Source: Deltaproteobacteria bacterium (lineage in GTDB: Bacteria; Myxococcota; Kuafuiibacteriia; Kuafuiibacteriales; Kuafuiibacteriaceae). Taken from it: a stretch of DNA of 64,000 bases. The first letter of the stretch is position 1. Each line of letters begins with the position of its first letter. A program made the translations under genes and the position numbers. The stretch spans positions 224,001 to 288,000 of the forward strand of contig JAVJQW010000042.1 in assembly GCA_040218735.1 (NCBI GenBank), given 5' to 3'. Positions 38,601 through 46,734 of this stretch are shown here, piece by piece. Below the pieces are notes generated by a model. It was not told the DNA's origin, made no database searches, and worked only from the letters and a program-made list of their open reading frames with translations.

Positions 38601-39745
38601 TGGAGTTTCGTCCAGATTCAGAGTCCGGTACGCATGGTGGAGCATCATTCATTGGTCCTGTAGGTATGACCAGTGATGGCATGGCGGCTCTCCTGAGGGC
38701 TCCGACCTCGTCCGGTTCAGCTAGCTACGAACTGATTGTTGCCGACGTTCGCCGACGGCGAATTCTTCCAGATAGGGCTCTCGGCGTTCGTGTTGACCGG
38801 AACGAAGTAGCATCTTGGGTGGAAAGTCTGAGACTGGATGAGCTTCCTCCGGCGTATCGAGAGTTTCACATCGCACTCGGCGGTGCACTTTTCTCTTTTG
38901 CGGCGCATCGCTTGCATCGTACGGAGATCGCGTCCGCAAAGATCCAGTTCGGCAACGCGGTCGAAGACGCGAACTCCTTAGCCATTCTCGGGCGAAGAGG
39001 TTTCAGCGTGTGCCGAGTTTCCGGTGGATGCCTGCCTAATGTTGAGCTTCCGCGTATGCATAAAATCGTCGTTCCTTTGTCGAACGCCCGCACACTTGCA
39101 CTATCCGCTAGCGATGAAGCGCACCGGTGGTACCTTCTAGACGGGCTCGACGATACGAAAACAGAGCTGACGGCGGTTTCGGACCTCGGGATGTTTGATC
39201 TTCCGTTTGTTCTTGCCCCAGACCGTATACTGACGCGGAACATCTATGACTACAAGATCTCCATCCGCACTGCCGGCGGAAAGGTTCTGTGTAGTCTCCC
39301 GATCGAAGAGCGCGCCAAAGTGGCCCTTGGGCCTCAACGCCGTCACATGCTTGCCTACACGGAGTCTTCGACCCTACTTCACTACGATCTCGATCAGTGC
39401 ACTGGGACCACCATTCGCGTTCCCGGCCCCAAGGAGCCCTTTGGCGAACAAGTCGTAGCGTTTGATCCGACGGAGGGCTGGGCTCTGCTTGTTCTTAGCG
39501 ACAAGCGGCTCTACTTCCGGCTGTCGCTCGGCGAAATTCGTCTACGGGACGTGAGACCCAACGGCTTCAGGAGCCTTGAGAGGGGTAGGCGCGGCGCTCA
39601 AGGCGCGAGTTGGCTCGACCGGATCGACACCTGGGATAGGGTTCCATCCTCGCCGCGCCTAACGTTCGAAGAACGTGTAGGGTATCGACTCGATCCGGAA
39701 ACGCGTACGATAGATCCCATTGGAACCGTTGTCCCGCTTGACTAG
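35684..39745 (+). CDS. TIR domain - STAND NTPase (nSTAND1-like) - TM - variable C-terminal beta-rich domain
   Basis: IFVSYSHQD...LLISPDFLRSKFVREHE (TIR), PYPLLEPY...YGSSGVGKSS (Walker A), FILDQFED (Walker B), LPHDRLA, TM VLVGLVVTVVAISGIAILYASVY. Confidence 0.85.
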   Translation: MARIFVSYSHQDRAWKSRVVSYIDAADLDTWDDDDIEVGADWFGRIRGAIGAADAAVLLISPDFLRSKFVREHEMPRLLGERSNRGMKIFPIIVRPSPLEPHVWLREMQVRPRDLEPLSAMTDVDADKVLAEFASEVQSLVRTNVSMAAVSVDDVEPWWPDGVPLPRRPYPLLEPYRSPELYAGRTHEIDAFASAVREPKLVTPLYGSSGVGKSSFINCGLAPRLRGDADDRQSAVAVERTPGAPGLLNRLLVGVLRTPLEPKVGDRDVVRFLSTVERLRQKTGYPPVFILDQFEDAFKGDESALARIGPVLGHTAVQGDQQFQFVCRWVLSYREEFHGAVEQWLADYLRPARMSEVLGIDNLPTSLLTPEFYNRTVAGLRPMATPLPPLAGDAAMEWVTDRFVEAIGRPLEARREDGTMAFHLKIAGDGLRRLAAAFARERVAHPRAPLTTELQVVLDALLQGVSWTDDRTVQLTSDLDACIEGALERHLERKLREAFQADDHPQQMRTRGLLVLLRLADEAGASAPVPVEELESYLGSEGAAVLDGLARSDVRLIMKQRHDLTAVYALPHDRLASVVRRVGQEPHTRARYGLDDELLRTQELVASLVALHRKARDLPEEEEKLRHQACDLSADVRKSVERYAPFLVVGEDACLWWADVKAFQIRALARALRNRRIKVLVGLVVTVVAISGIAILYASVYHGFRRAIWDANSYQSAVKARERFRVLPLAGEQADSSFRDYLLGKAARIALTGDTLAAGLVRQEALKLAPDEVVERRDNPWLIHLRERPIAVRMSPHGVFVAIRLRSGLEVWEVASEGVRHYAHYPSSRSISLFAVDDAGRLVLPGSKPNTVRYREHVVPIPEWAVDIWVDWRSEDRLWVSEDLGPNLCLNRIDIVSGAELERRLVGRRAAEARKTIEEKVKLARLPCPERSGVEFVDLGDQSIGGGSESVSDSGVLDCVERGCVHALMPRCLEFRPDSESGTHGGASFIGPVGMTSDGMAALLRAPTSSGSASYELIVADVRRRRILPDRALGVRVDRNEVASWVESLRLDELPPAYREFHIALGGALFSFAAHRLHRTEIASAKIQFGNAVEDANSLAILGRRGFSVCRVSGGCLPNVELPRMHKIVVPLSNARTLALSASDEAHRWYLLDGLDDTKTELTAVSDLGMFDLPFVLAPDRILTRNIYDYKISIRTAGGKVLCSLPIEERAKVALGPQRRHMLAYTESSTLLHYDLDQCTGTTIRVPGPKEPFGEQVVAFDPTEGWALLVLSDKRLYFRLSLGEIRLRDVRPNGFRSLERGRRGAQGASWLDRIDTWDRVPSSPRLTFEERVGYRLDPETRTIDPIGTVVPLD

Positions 39746-39763
39746 ACCGGTGTGAGACTAACC

Positions 39764-40627
39764 CTACTTCCCCGGGTGCGACTTCGGGAGCGCCTTCAGC
39801 TCGATCCCCTTCTCGTGACATTTCAAACAGTCCGCGTACGAGAAGGCGACCTCGCCCTGGTGGCACTCGACACACGTCGCCATCTTCGGGAGGACCAGCT
39901 TCGCGACCTTGCGGGCCTTCGGGACCTCGAAGTGGCAGCGCAGGCACGGGAGCGACGCGCCGCTGGTCGGGTCGGTCTTGTGGTCGGCGTGCGAGAACTT
40001 CCGGACCAGCGAGCGCGGGTTCTTCTGGTTCTTCGGTCGCTTGTGGCAGCCCGCGCAGTCGTTGATCGACGGCTCGACGTTTTTCTTCGTGTGGCAGTCG
40101 CAGCACTGCGCGTGCGCGGGGAGCTGCACCTTCTCGCCGCCGCGGACGAACGGGTGGCAGAACGTACAGTCCTTGTCGAAGCCGAAGCGCTTCTTCACGC
40201 GCATCTTCGGCGACAGGTGCAGCTTGTGGTCGAACACCGTGCGCAGCGGCGCGCGGTCGCCGGACTGGGGCTTCAGCGCCGACTGCTTCGTGATCGTGAT
40301 CTCCGTGTGGCAGTTCGTGCAGATCACCAGCGGCTTCTGGAAGAACGACGTCGGGTGGCAGCTGATGCACTTGTCGTGCGTCGGGTACGGCATCCGCGTG
40401 TCCTTGCAGATCGGGAACGCGCCCTTGTCCGCCACGTCCTTGTGCGCGTGGCAGTCGTTGCAGGTGTACTTGCGGTCCCCGGCCTTCGTCATCTGGGCCA
40501 GGTGTGTGTCGTGGTCGAACGGCTTCGACAGGTCCGCCGTTTCCTTGGGGAGGCCGGCCTGAGCGACGAGCGTCCCCGCCAGGCAACACGCAGCCGCCAG
40601 CGCCGCCAGCCCGATCCATCGCTTCAT
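39764..40627 (-). CDS. Periplasmic nonaheme cytochrome c (c3-like)
   Basis: Signal peptide; 9 CxxCH motifs (CNDCH, CISCH, CTNCH, CTFCH, CCDCH, CAGCH, CLRCH, CVECH, CLKCH) and repeated FDH/FSH motifs. Confidence 0.9.
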   Translation of the reverse strand: MKRWIGLAALAAACCLAGTLVAQAGLPKETADLSKPFDHDTHLAQMTKAGDRKYTCNDCHAHKDVADKGAFPICKDTRMPYPTHDKCISCHPTSFFQKPLVICTNCHTEITITKQSALKPQSGDRAPLRTVFDHKLHLSPKMRVKKRFGFDKDCTFCHPFVRGGEKVQLPAHAQCCDCHTKKNVEPSINDCAGCHKRPKNQKNPRSLVRKFSHADHKTDPTSGASLPCLRCHFEVPKARKVAKLVLPKMATCVECHQGEVAFSYADCLKCHEKGIELKALPKSHPGK

Positions 40628-40841
40628 CACGCCCCGAATCTCTATCACAAACCGAAGGTTGGGCCACCGATTCGCCGACCCGCGAACTAGGGACGGACCC
40701 TCATGAGTCGAGCAGTGAAAACGTGCCGTCGAACCGGCGCCCGCAGGTTGAGACGACCGTTCCGCCCCGCCGATTCACTCCCTGCGGTCCGCGCTTGAAC
40801 GAAAGCGTGCTTCGGCCGACGATTCGCCCGACGGACTCCAC

Positions 40842-43184
40842 TTGAGAGACGATGTTTCGATTCTGAAGCGCGTTGCGCTCTTCTCCGGCGTCGACGACGA
40901 AACCCTGGAACGCTTGTACTCCGTCGGGACCCTCCGCGAGATGGCGCCCGGCGACTACGTCGTTCGCCAGGGCGAGTTCGGCGACAGCTTCTTCGTACTG
41001 CTCGACGGCCTCGCCACCGTCGAGGTCGTCGGCGAAGACGGGCGCAGCCGCGAGGTCGCCTCCATCCAACCGAGCCAGTACTTCGGCGAGCTCGCGCTCG
41101 TCGGGCGCGGCGAGCGCAAGGCCTCGGTGCGCGCGCGGACCCAAGCCGCCCTCCTCGAGCTCGGCAAGGGCGAGTTCAACCAGGTCATCAAGCGCAACAA
41201 GCTGGTGAAGGGCCGCATCCAAGAGGCCTACAACAAGAGCGCGCTCTCCACGTTCGTCCGGCAGAGCCGCTACTTCCGCGGGCTGCCTCCGGAGCGCATC
41301 GACGAGATCGTCCTCAACTCGTCCCTCGAGTCGTTCAAGAAGGACGATCTCATCGCACGCGAAGGTGACCCGGCGCAGAAGCTGTTCGTGGTGCGCAGCG
41401 GCTTCGTCCGGATCAGCCGCCTCGTCAGCCGCGGCGCCGACATGGAGAGCGGCGAAGAGATCCTCGCCTACCTCGGACCGGAGGACTTCTTCGGCGACGA
41501 GGAGGTCAGCGTCGGCGCCCCCTACGGCGCGACGGCGATGGCGGTCGAGCCTGTCGAGTGCATGGTCGTGCCGCGCTCGGTGGTGTGGAACATCTACGTC
41601 AAACACCCCGAGGTGTTCTCGTCGTTCCGCCGCTACTCGCTCGCGCGCTCGCAGCAGCAGTCCGGCATCCTGCAGAGCCAGACGTCGATGGGCTTCGTGC
41701 GCGACATGCTCGAAGCCGGCCTCGGCCAGGCGCGCTCCGCGCTGATCATCAACCTCGACACCTGCATCCGCTGCGGCAACTGCGTACAGGCCTGCGACGA
41801 CCTGCACGGCTACTCGCGCCTCGCGCGTCGCGGCAAGAAACTCACGCGTCGCACCGAGGTCGCGTCGACGCGCCACGAATCGCTCTACTTCCCGACGAGC
41901 TGCCTGCAATGCGCCGCGCCCGAGTGCATGGTCGGCTGCCCGACCGGCGCCATCGCGCGCGACGTCGGCGGCGAGGTGTACATCAAGGACACCTGCATCG
42001 GCTGCGGCAGCTGCGCGCGCAACTGCGACTTCGGGAACATCTCGATGGCCAAGGCCAAGGAGGAAGACGGCTGGCTCGTCGGGCTCCTCGGCGGCGGCGC
42101 GAAGGACGAGGCCGACAACAAGAAACACGTCCCGGCCGACCGCGCGCACACGACGATCGCCGAGCCGGCCAAGGCGTCGGGGCTCCCGAAGATCGCGAAG
42201 TCGGATCTGCTCGCGGTGAAGTGCGACGTCTGCTTCGAGCGCGAGTTCGCGGCGTGTGTCTACAACTGTCCGACGGAGTCGATCCTCCGCATCGACCCGC
42301 GGAACTACTTTCACGAGCTCCGTCGCATCGCGCCGAAGCTCGCGGTGAACGAACAGTCGCCGACGGCGGCGAAGACGACGACGTCGCGCCGCAAGAGCCG
42401 CGTCGGTGTCGCCATCCTCGAGATCCTCACCTTCCTGGTCACGATCGCCGGCGGGTACGTGCTGCACGGCTTCCTCGAACCCACGCCGTGGCGCGGCGTC
42501 GGGATGTACGCGGGCGTCGCGGCGGCGGCGATCATGGGCGTGCTCTCGCTGATGGGCCTGCGCAAGCGGATGCGAACGCACGGCATCGGCTCACTCGCCG
42601 CGTGGGTGAAGGTACACGCGGTGCTGGGCGGGTTGCTCTACGGCACGGTGCTGTTCCACGCCGGGTACCAAGCGACGAGTGTCCTCACCGCGACGCTCCT
42701 GACGCTGCTCACCATCTCCTCGCTCGTCGCGATCGGCGGGCAGCTCGCGAGTGTGTTCATCCCGGCGATCCTCGCGCGCTCGGAGGACGAGGCGCTGCTG
42801 CCGGAGGACGTCGGGCCCAAGGTGCGCGAGCTCGCGGCGGCGTCGGAGGAGTTCCTGGAGGGGCTCGACGAACGCACGCGCAAGAAGGTCGAGCAGCACG
42901 CCCAGCGCATGACGCAGGGCGGGTTCGCGTACGTGCTCAAGGGCACCTCGCCGAAGGACCTCGACGGTCTCCTCGAGACCCGCGCGAAGAAGCTCCGCGC
43001 GTTGCCGGACAAGGAGCACGCGGTTGCAATCCGTGTTGCGCACAACCTGGCCGTCGCGCGGATGCACTCGGTGCGGCGCGGGTTGGAGATCCTGCTCACT
43101 TCGTGGGTGCCGCTTCACCTCGTCGCCTCCGCGCTCGCGCTGATGCTGTTGTTCGGTCACATCCTGACCGTGTTCCTGTGGTGA
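40842..43184 (+). CDS. 2x cyclic-nucleotide-binding domain + 4x[4Fe-4S] ferredoxin + membrane (putative heme b) domain protein
   Basis: FGELALVGRGERKASV; FGDEE; CIRCGNCVQAC, CLQCAAPECMVGCP, CIGCGSCARNC, KCDVC...CVYNCP; TM His residues in WVKVHAV, LFHAG, WVPLHLV, FGHIL. Confidence 0.85.
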   Translation: MRDDVSILKRVALFSGVDDETLERLYSVGTLREMAPGDYVVRQGEFGDSFFVLLDGLATVEVVGEDGRSREVASIQPSQYFGELALVGRGERKASVRARTQAALLELGKGEFNQVIKRNKLVKGRIQEAYNKSALSTFVRQSRYFRGLPPERIDEIVLNSSLESFKKDDLIAREGDPAQKLFVVRSGFVRISRLVSRGADMESGEEILAYLGPEDFFGDEEVSVGAPYGATAMAVEPVECMVVPRSVVWNIYVKHPEVFSSFRRYSLARSQQQSGILQSQTSMGFVRDMLEAGLGQARSALIINLDTCIRCGNCVQACDDLHGYSRLARRGKKLTRRTEVASTRHESLYFPTSCLQCAAPECMVGCPTGAIARDVGGEVYIKDTCIGCGSCARNCDFGNISMAKAKEEDGWLVGLLGGGAKDEADNKKHVPADRAHTTIAEPAKASGLPKIAKSDLLAVKCDVCFEREFAACVYNCPTESILRIDPRNYFHELRRIAPKLAVNEQSPTAAKTTTSRRKSRVGVAILEILTFLVTIAGGYVLHGFLEPTPWRGVGMYAGVAAAAIMGVLSLMGLRKRMRTHGIGSLAAWVKVHAVLGGLLYGTVLFHAGYQATSVLTATLLTLLTISSLVAIGGQLASVFIPAILARSEDEALLPEDVGPKVRELAAASEEFLEGLDERTRKKVEQHAQRMTQGGFAYVLKGTSPKDLDGLLETRAKKLRALPDKEHAVAIRVAHNLAVARMHSVRRGLEILLTSWVPLHLVASALALMLLFGHILTVFLW

Positions 43185-43191
43185 CCGCGGC

Positions 43192-44979
43192 GTGTTCGTC
43201 CTGCAGATCATCTCGGGTCCGTACAAGGACCAGGCGGTGCGCTTGGAGCTCGACCGCCCGCTCACGGTCGGCCGCTCGCCGTCGTGCAACATCCGCCTCG
43301 ACGACAAACACATGTCGTCCGCGCACGCCGAGGTCTCGTGGACTTCGGACGGGTTCTCCGTCTTCGACCTGAGCTCCGCGAACGGGACACTCGTCAACGG
43401 CAACAAGGTCACGGGGCGCACGCCGCTACGGCTGGGTGATCACATCCAAACCGGGAGCACGGTGTTCCTGCTCAAGGACGTCGACCTGGAGGTCGAGGGC
43501 GACCTGGAGCTGATCGAAGCGCAACAGAGCGGGGGCGGCATCCTCGCGTTCGACGCCGGCAAGACCGAAGTCGCGATGCGCGGGATGATCCCGGTCGCGT
43601 CGACCGAGGCCTTCGCGGCGGTGAAGAAACGTGCGCCCGAGCCGATGATCCTCGGCGACCGCGCCAACCGCACGCAGATGGCGGCGCACGTCGCCTCGGC
43701 TCGGCTCGACGACGCAGCGATCAGTGACATCGCGACGCTGAAGCAGCGCGTGGAGGCCGGCGGCAACGGCGCGATGGTCATCGTGCAGTGGGACGACCGG
43801 ATGGATCCCTTCTGGTCGACGCCCGTCTCGATCGGTCGCGAGCACTCCAGCGGCGTCGTGCTCGAAGACAACGCGGTCAGCCTCCGCCACGCGGCGATCG
43901 ATCAACGCGACGGGGGCTTCCTCGTCCGCGACGTCGGTTCCTCGAACGGCGTCTACGTGAACCGCAAGCGCATCGTCGAACACCGCGTGATGGACGGCGA
44001 CATCATCTCCATCGGTTCGCACACGATGGTGGTCGTCCTCGGGCCGGGGTGTCTCGGCCTATCGGTACGCACGCCGACGCTCACCGGCGATCTCCCCGCG
44101 CACGACGCACGTGCGATCGGTGTCGTCGACCAGCCGCTCGCCAAGGACGGCAAGAAGAAGAAGCGCAAGAAGGCGTCCGAGCTCGTCTGGTACGCGACGT
44201 CCGATCTGGATCGCGGCGGCTTCCGCGCGCGCGCCGCGCTGGTGGCGCTCCTGTTCGGTCTCGGGCTCACCGGGTGGATGCTCTACGACGGTGACTCGGA
44301 GATCCTCGCCGGGCGTCGACTCGCCGAGCACCACGAGGCGCCGGAGTTCGTCGCGGCCGCCGCGGACAACGGCCTCGACCGCTGCACCGCTTGTCACGTC
44401 GGCGCTGGCCAGGTCTCCACGCTCAAGTGTCTCGACTGCCACCCGCACAACCGGCCCACGCCGGGGCACGTCGGGGCCGACCTCGAGTGCGCCGCGTGCC
44501 ACCTCGAACATCAGGGGCCGAAGTTCCAGGCCTCGGCTTCGGCGGTCTTCTCGTGCGCGGGGTGCCACGAGAACCCGCACGACGCGCTCGCTCGGACGCG
44601 CCCGCAGCTCGTCGCGACCTTCGACATCGACATGCCGGGTGATGTCGACTTCCACCTGACCCACGACGATCAGGACGTCGGCTGCCTCGCGTGCCACGCG
44701 TACGAGACGACCGGTCGCGAGGACGGGATTCGCGACGCGTGCGGACAGTGCCACGCGCCCGACCACCCTGCGGCCGCGGACTGCCAGCTCTGCCACGGCG
44801 GGCACCCCGACCGGGAGACGCCACCGCGTTACGCGGAGGTCCCGCCGAACCCGCCGAAGCGCTTCGCGCTCAAGGGGTTGGTGTGGACGGTGATGCTGTT
44901 GGTGTTGTCGTTCCTCCTCGCCGCGATGATTCCGAGACGTCGCAAGGTCGCGATCGAGACAGCCGAATCCGAGGTGTGA
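43192..44979 (+). CDS. FHA-FHA-TM-heptaheme cytochrome c-TM fusion protein
   Basis: VGRSP...MSSAHA...SANGT and IGREH...VSLRHA...SSNGV (FHA); 7 CxxCH (CTACH, CLDCH, CAACH, CAGCH, CLACH, CGQCH, CQLCH) between two TM helices. Confidence 0.85.
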   Translation: MFVLQIISGPYKDQAVRLELDRPLTVGRSPSCNIRLDDKHMSSAHAEVSWTSDGFSVFDLSSANGTLVNGNKVTGRTPLRLGDHIQTGSTVFLLKDVDLEVEGDLELIEAQQSGGGILAFDAGKTEVAMRGMIPVASTEAFAAVKKRAPEPMILGDRANRTQMAAHVASARLDDAAISDIATLKQRVEAGGNGAMVIVQWDDRMDPFWSTPVSIGREHSSGVVLEDNAVSLRHAAIDQRDGGFLVRDVGSSNGVYVNRKRIVEHRVMDGDIISIGSHTMVVVLGPGCLGLSVRTPTLTGDLPAHDARAIGVVDQPLAKDGKKKKRKKASELVWYATSDLDRGGFRARAALVALLFGLGLTGWMLYDGDSEILAGRRLAEHHEAPEFVAAAADNGLDRCTACHVGAGQVSTLKCLDCHPHNRPTPGHVGADLECAACHLEHQGPKFQASASAVFSCAGCHENPHDALARTRPQLVATFDIDMPGDVDFHLTHDDQDVGCLACHAYETTGREDGIRDACGQCHAPDHPAAADCQLCHGGHPDRETPPRYAEVPPNPPKRFALKGLVWTVMLLVLSFLLAAMIPRRRKVAIETAESEV

Positions 44980-45036
44980 CCCGCGTCGGAACTCTCGGCT
45001 TCAGATTTCTGCCGAGCGTCCGATTCCCGTGGTCGG

Positions 45037-46572
45037 ATGACTGTGCCCACCGCCGATCTGACGCGCCTCGATGATCCTCGGGGTGTCGCGCAGATCCTCG
45101 CGAGCCTCGAACAGGATGTGCCCACCTCGGCGGAGAGCGCGCCGGAGCCGCAGCGCCTCTCCATGTATGGCGCGTCGTTCGAGGTGCACGACGCCGGCGA
45201 CGAGCAGGAGCCTCAGGTCTTCTCGAAGAACCACCGGCGGTACCCGCGCGTCCCGCTGCAGGGGAAGGTGAGGTTCGGGCTCGACGACGGGCCGCGCGCG
45301 GGGCTCGTCGACATCAACGCTTCGGGCTTCTCGGCGCGCATTCACCCGACGGCGGCGGAGCGGCTGCCTTCTTACGGCTGGGTGGAGATCGACCTCGGCC
45401 ACGCGCGGGTCTGTGGGTACGCGCGGCTGCGGCGCCAGTACGCTCTGGGGCATCACGTGGTTCTGGGATTCGAGCTCGAGCCCGATCGCGAGCGCTCCGA
45501 GATCATCCGCAGCATCCTCGACCGCGCGTATCCCGCGATCATGCCGCGCGCGGACCTCCCCGCGGCGGCCGTGGCGCGTCTGTTGGACGAGAGCGGTTAC
45601 CTCGAGCTGTGCGAGGACGGGCAGCTCCCGGACGATTGGCTCGGCTTTCGGAGCCCGGAGTCCTTCGACCTCGTGTCGCTCGGGGACGATGCAACTCCGC
45701 TTGCGCACCTGTCGATCACGAAGGCGTTCTCGACGACCTGGGTGGCGCACCAGCTCGCCTCGCGGTCGAAGCACCACGAGAGCTTCTGGAGTTGGTATCA
45801 GCTGCACCGCTACCTCGCGTGTATGCCCGCGATGATGGACGGCGAGAACGCGCACGTCGTCGCCTACTACAACCCGGCGCAGCCGTACCATCAGCGGTAC
45901 CTGCGAGCGTTCGGGAGCTGGATGCAGTCCGAAGCGGACGTGTCGATCGCGCAGTACTCGATGTTCCACCTCGACGCCGCGTCGAACGACGTGGGTGCAG
46001 CGTCGCTGGTGTCCGGGTGGTCGGTCACGCCGCTGACCTCCGCGGCGCGGCCCGACGTGCACCGGGTCGTACTGCAGAACCTCTCCCCCCTCGTCGCGCG
46101 TGCGTTCGACCTCGCGCCGGTGACGCTGGAGAGCGTCAACCTCACGCGCGATCCGTATAGTCTACTCAATAGAAAGCGCCGAGTCTTCCTGCTGTGGCAT
46201 GACGGCCGGGTGCAGGCGGTCGCGCTGTGCGAGCGCGGCGCGAGCTCCGTCTCGATCTTTGGCCTATTCGATCTCGTGCAAGTGCTCCCGACCCGCGATG
46301 GATTCGTGGCTCCGCAGGCGGCACTGGGGATGCTGATGGACGCGGTGCGGGGCTTCTATCGCGCGGAAGGCGCAGAGCGTGCGCTGGTGTTCGCGCCGAT
46401 CGGTTGCATGATCGCCGAGGCCCATCCGGCCCTCGAGTACTCGCACGTCGTCGAGCGCTTCATCATGGGCGGGCGCGCGCTCCGCCACTACGAGAACTTC
46501 GTTCGCTACACCTTCGGCCGGGCGGCGCGCGCGGTGGGTCGCAAGATGAAATGGAAAGCGGACCATCAATGA
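45037..46572 (+). CDS. PilZ-domain protein with uncharacterised (possibly GNAT-like) C-terminal region, copy 1
   Basis: RRYPRVP and DINASGF PilZ motifs; paralogue of the downstream gene. Confidence 0.65.
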   Translation: MTVPTADLTRLDDPRGVAQILASLEQDVPTSAESAPEPQRLSMYGASFEVHDAGDEQEPQVFSKNHRRYPRVPLQGKVRFGLDDGPRAGLVDINASGFSARIHPTAAERLPSYGWVEIDLGHARVCGYARLRRQYALGHHVVLGFELEPDRERSEIIRSILDRAYPAIMPRADLPAAAVARLLDESGYLELCEDGQLPDDWLGFRSPESFDLVSLGDDATPLAHLSITKAFSTTWVAHQLASRSKHHESFWSWYQLHRYLACMPAMMDGENAHVVAYYNPAQPYHQRYLRAFGSWMQSEADVSIAQYSMFHLDAASNDVGAASLVSGWSVTPLTSAARPDVHRVVLQNLSPLVARAFDLAPVTLESVNLTRDPYSLLNRKRRVFLLWHDGRVQAVALCERGASSVSIFGLFDLVQVLPTRDGFVAPQAALGMLMDAVRGFYRAEGAERALVFAPIGCMIAEAHPALEYSHVVERFIMGGRALRHYENFVRYTFGRAARAVGRKMKWKADHQ

Positions 46573-46734
46573 GGGGAACCGAAGTGGTCGAGCCCGCGCC
46601 GAGATCCCTCGTGTCTCATTTTGTTTCACACGCGGCGCACCCGTTTTCGATTCATTTCAGGAAAGCGCAAAACCGTGTCAAACTTGTGCGGTGGCCAACC
46701 GCTCGGTCACACAAACAGGTTACAGTCGAGCGCG

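Noticed and set aside
35684-44979. Functional link in which the TIR product activates the neighbouring cNMP-binding protein
   Set aside because: Different base composition, a convergent cytochrome gene in between and no operon coupling; known TIR products are ADPR derivatives rather than 3',5'-cNMPs.
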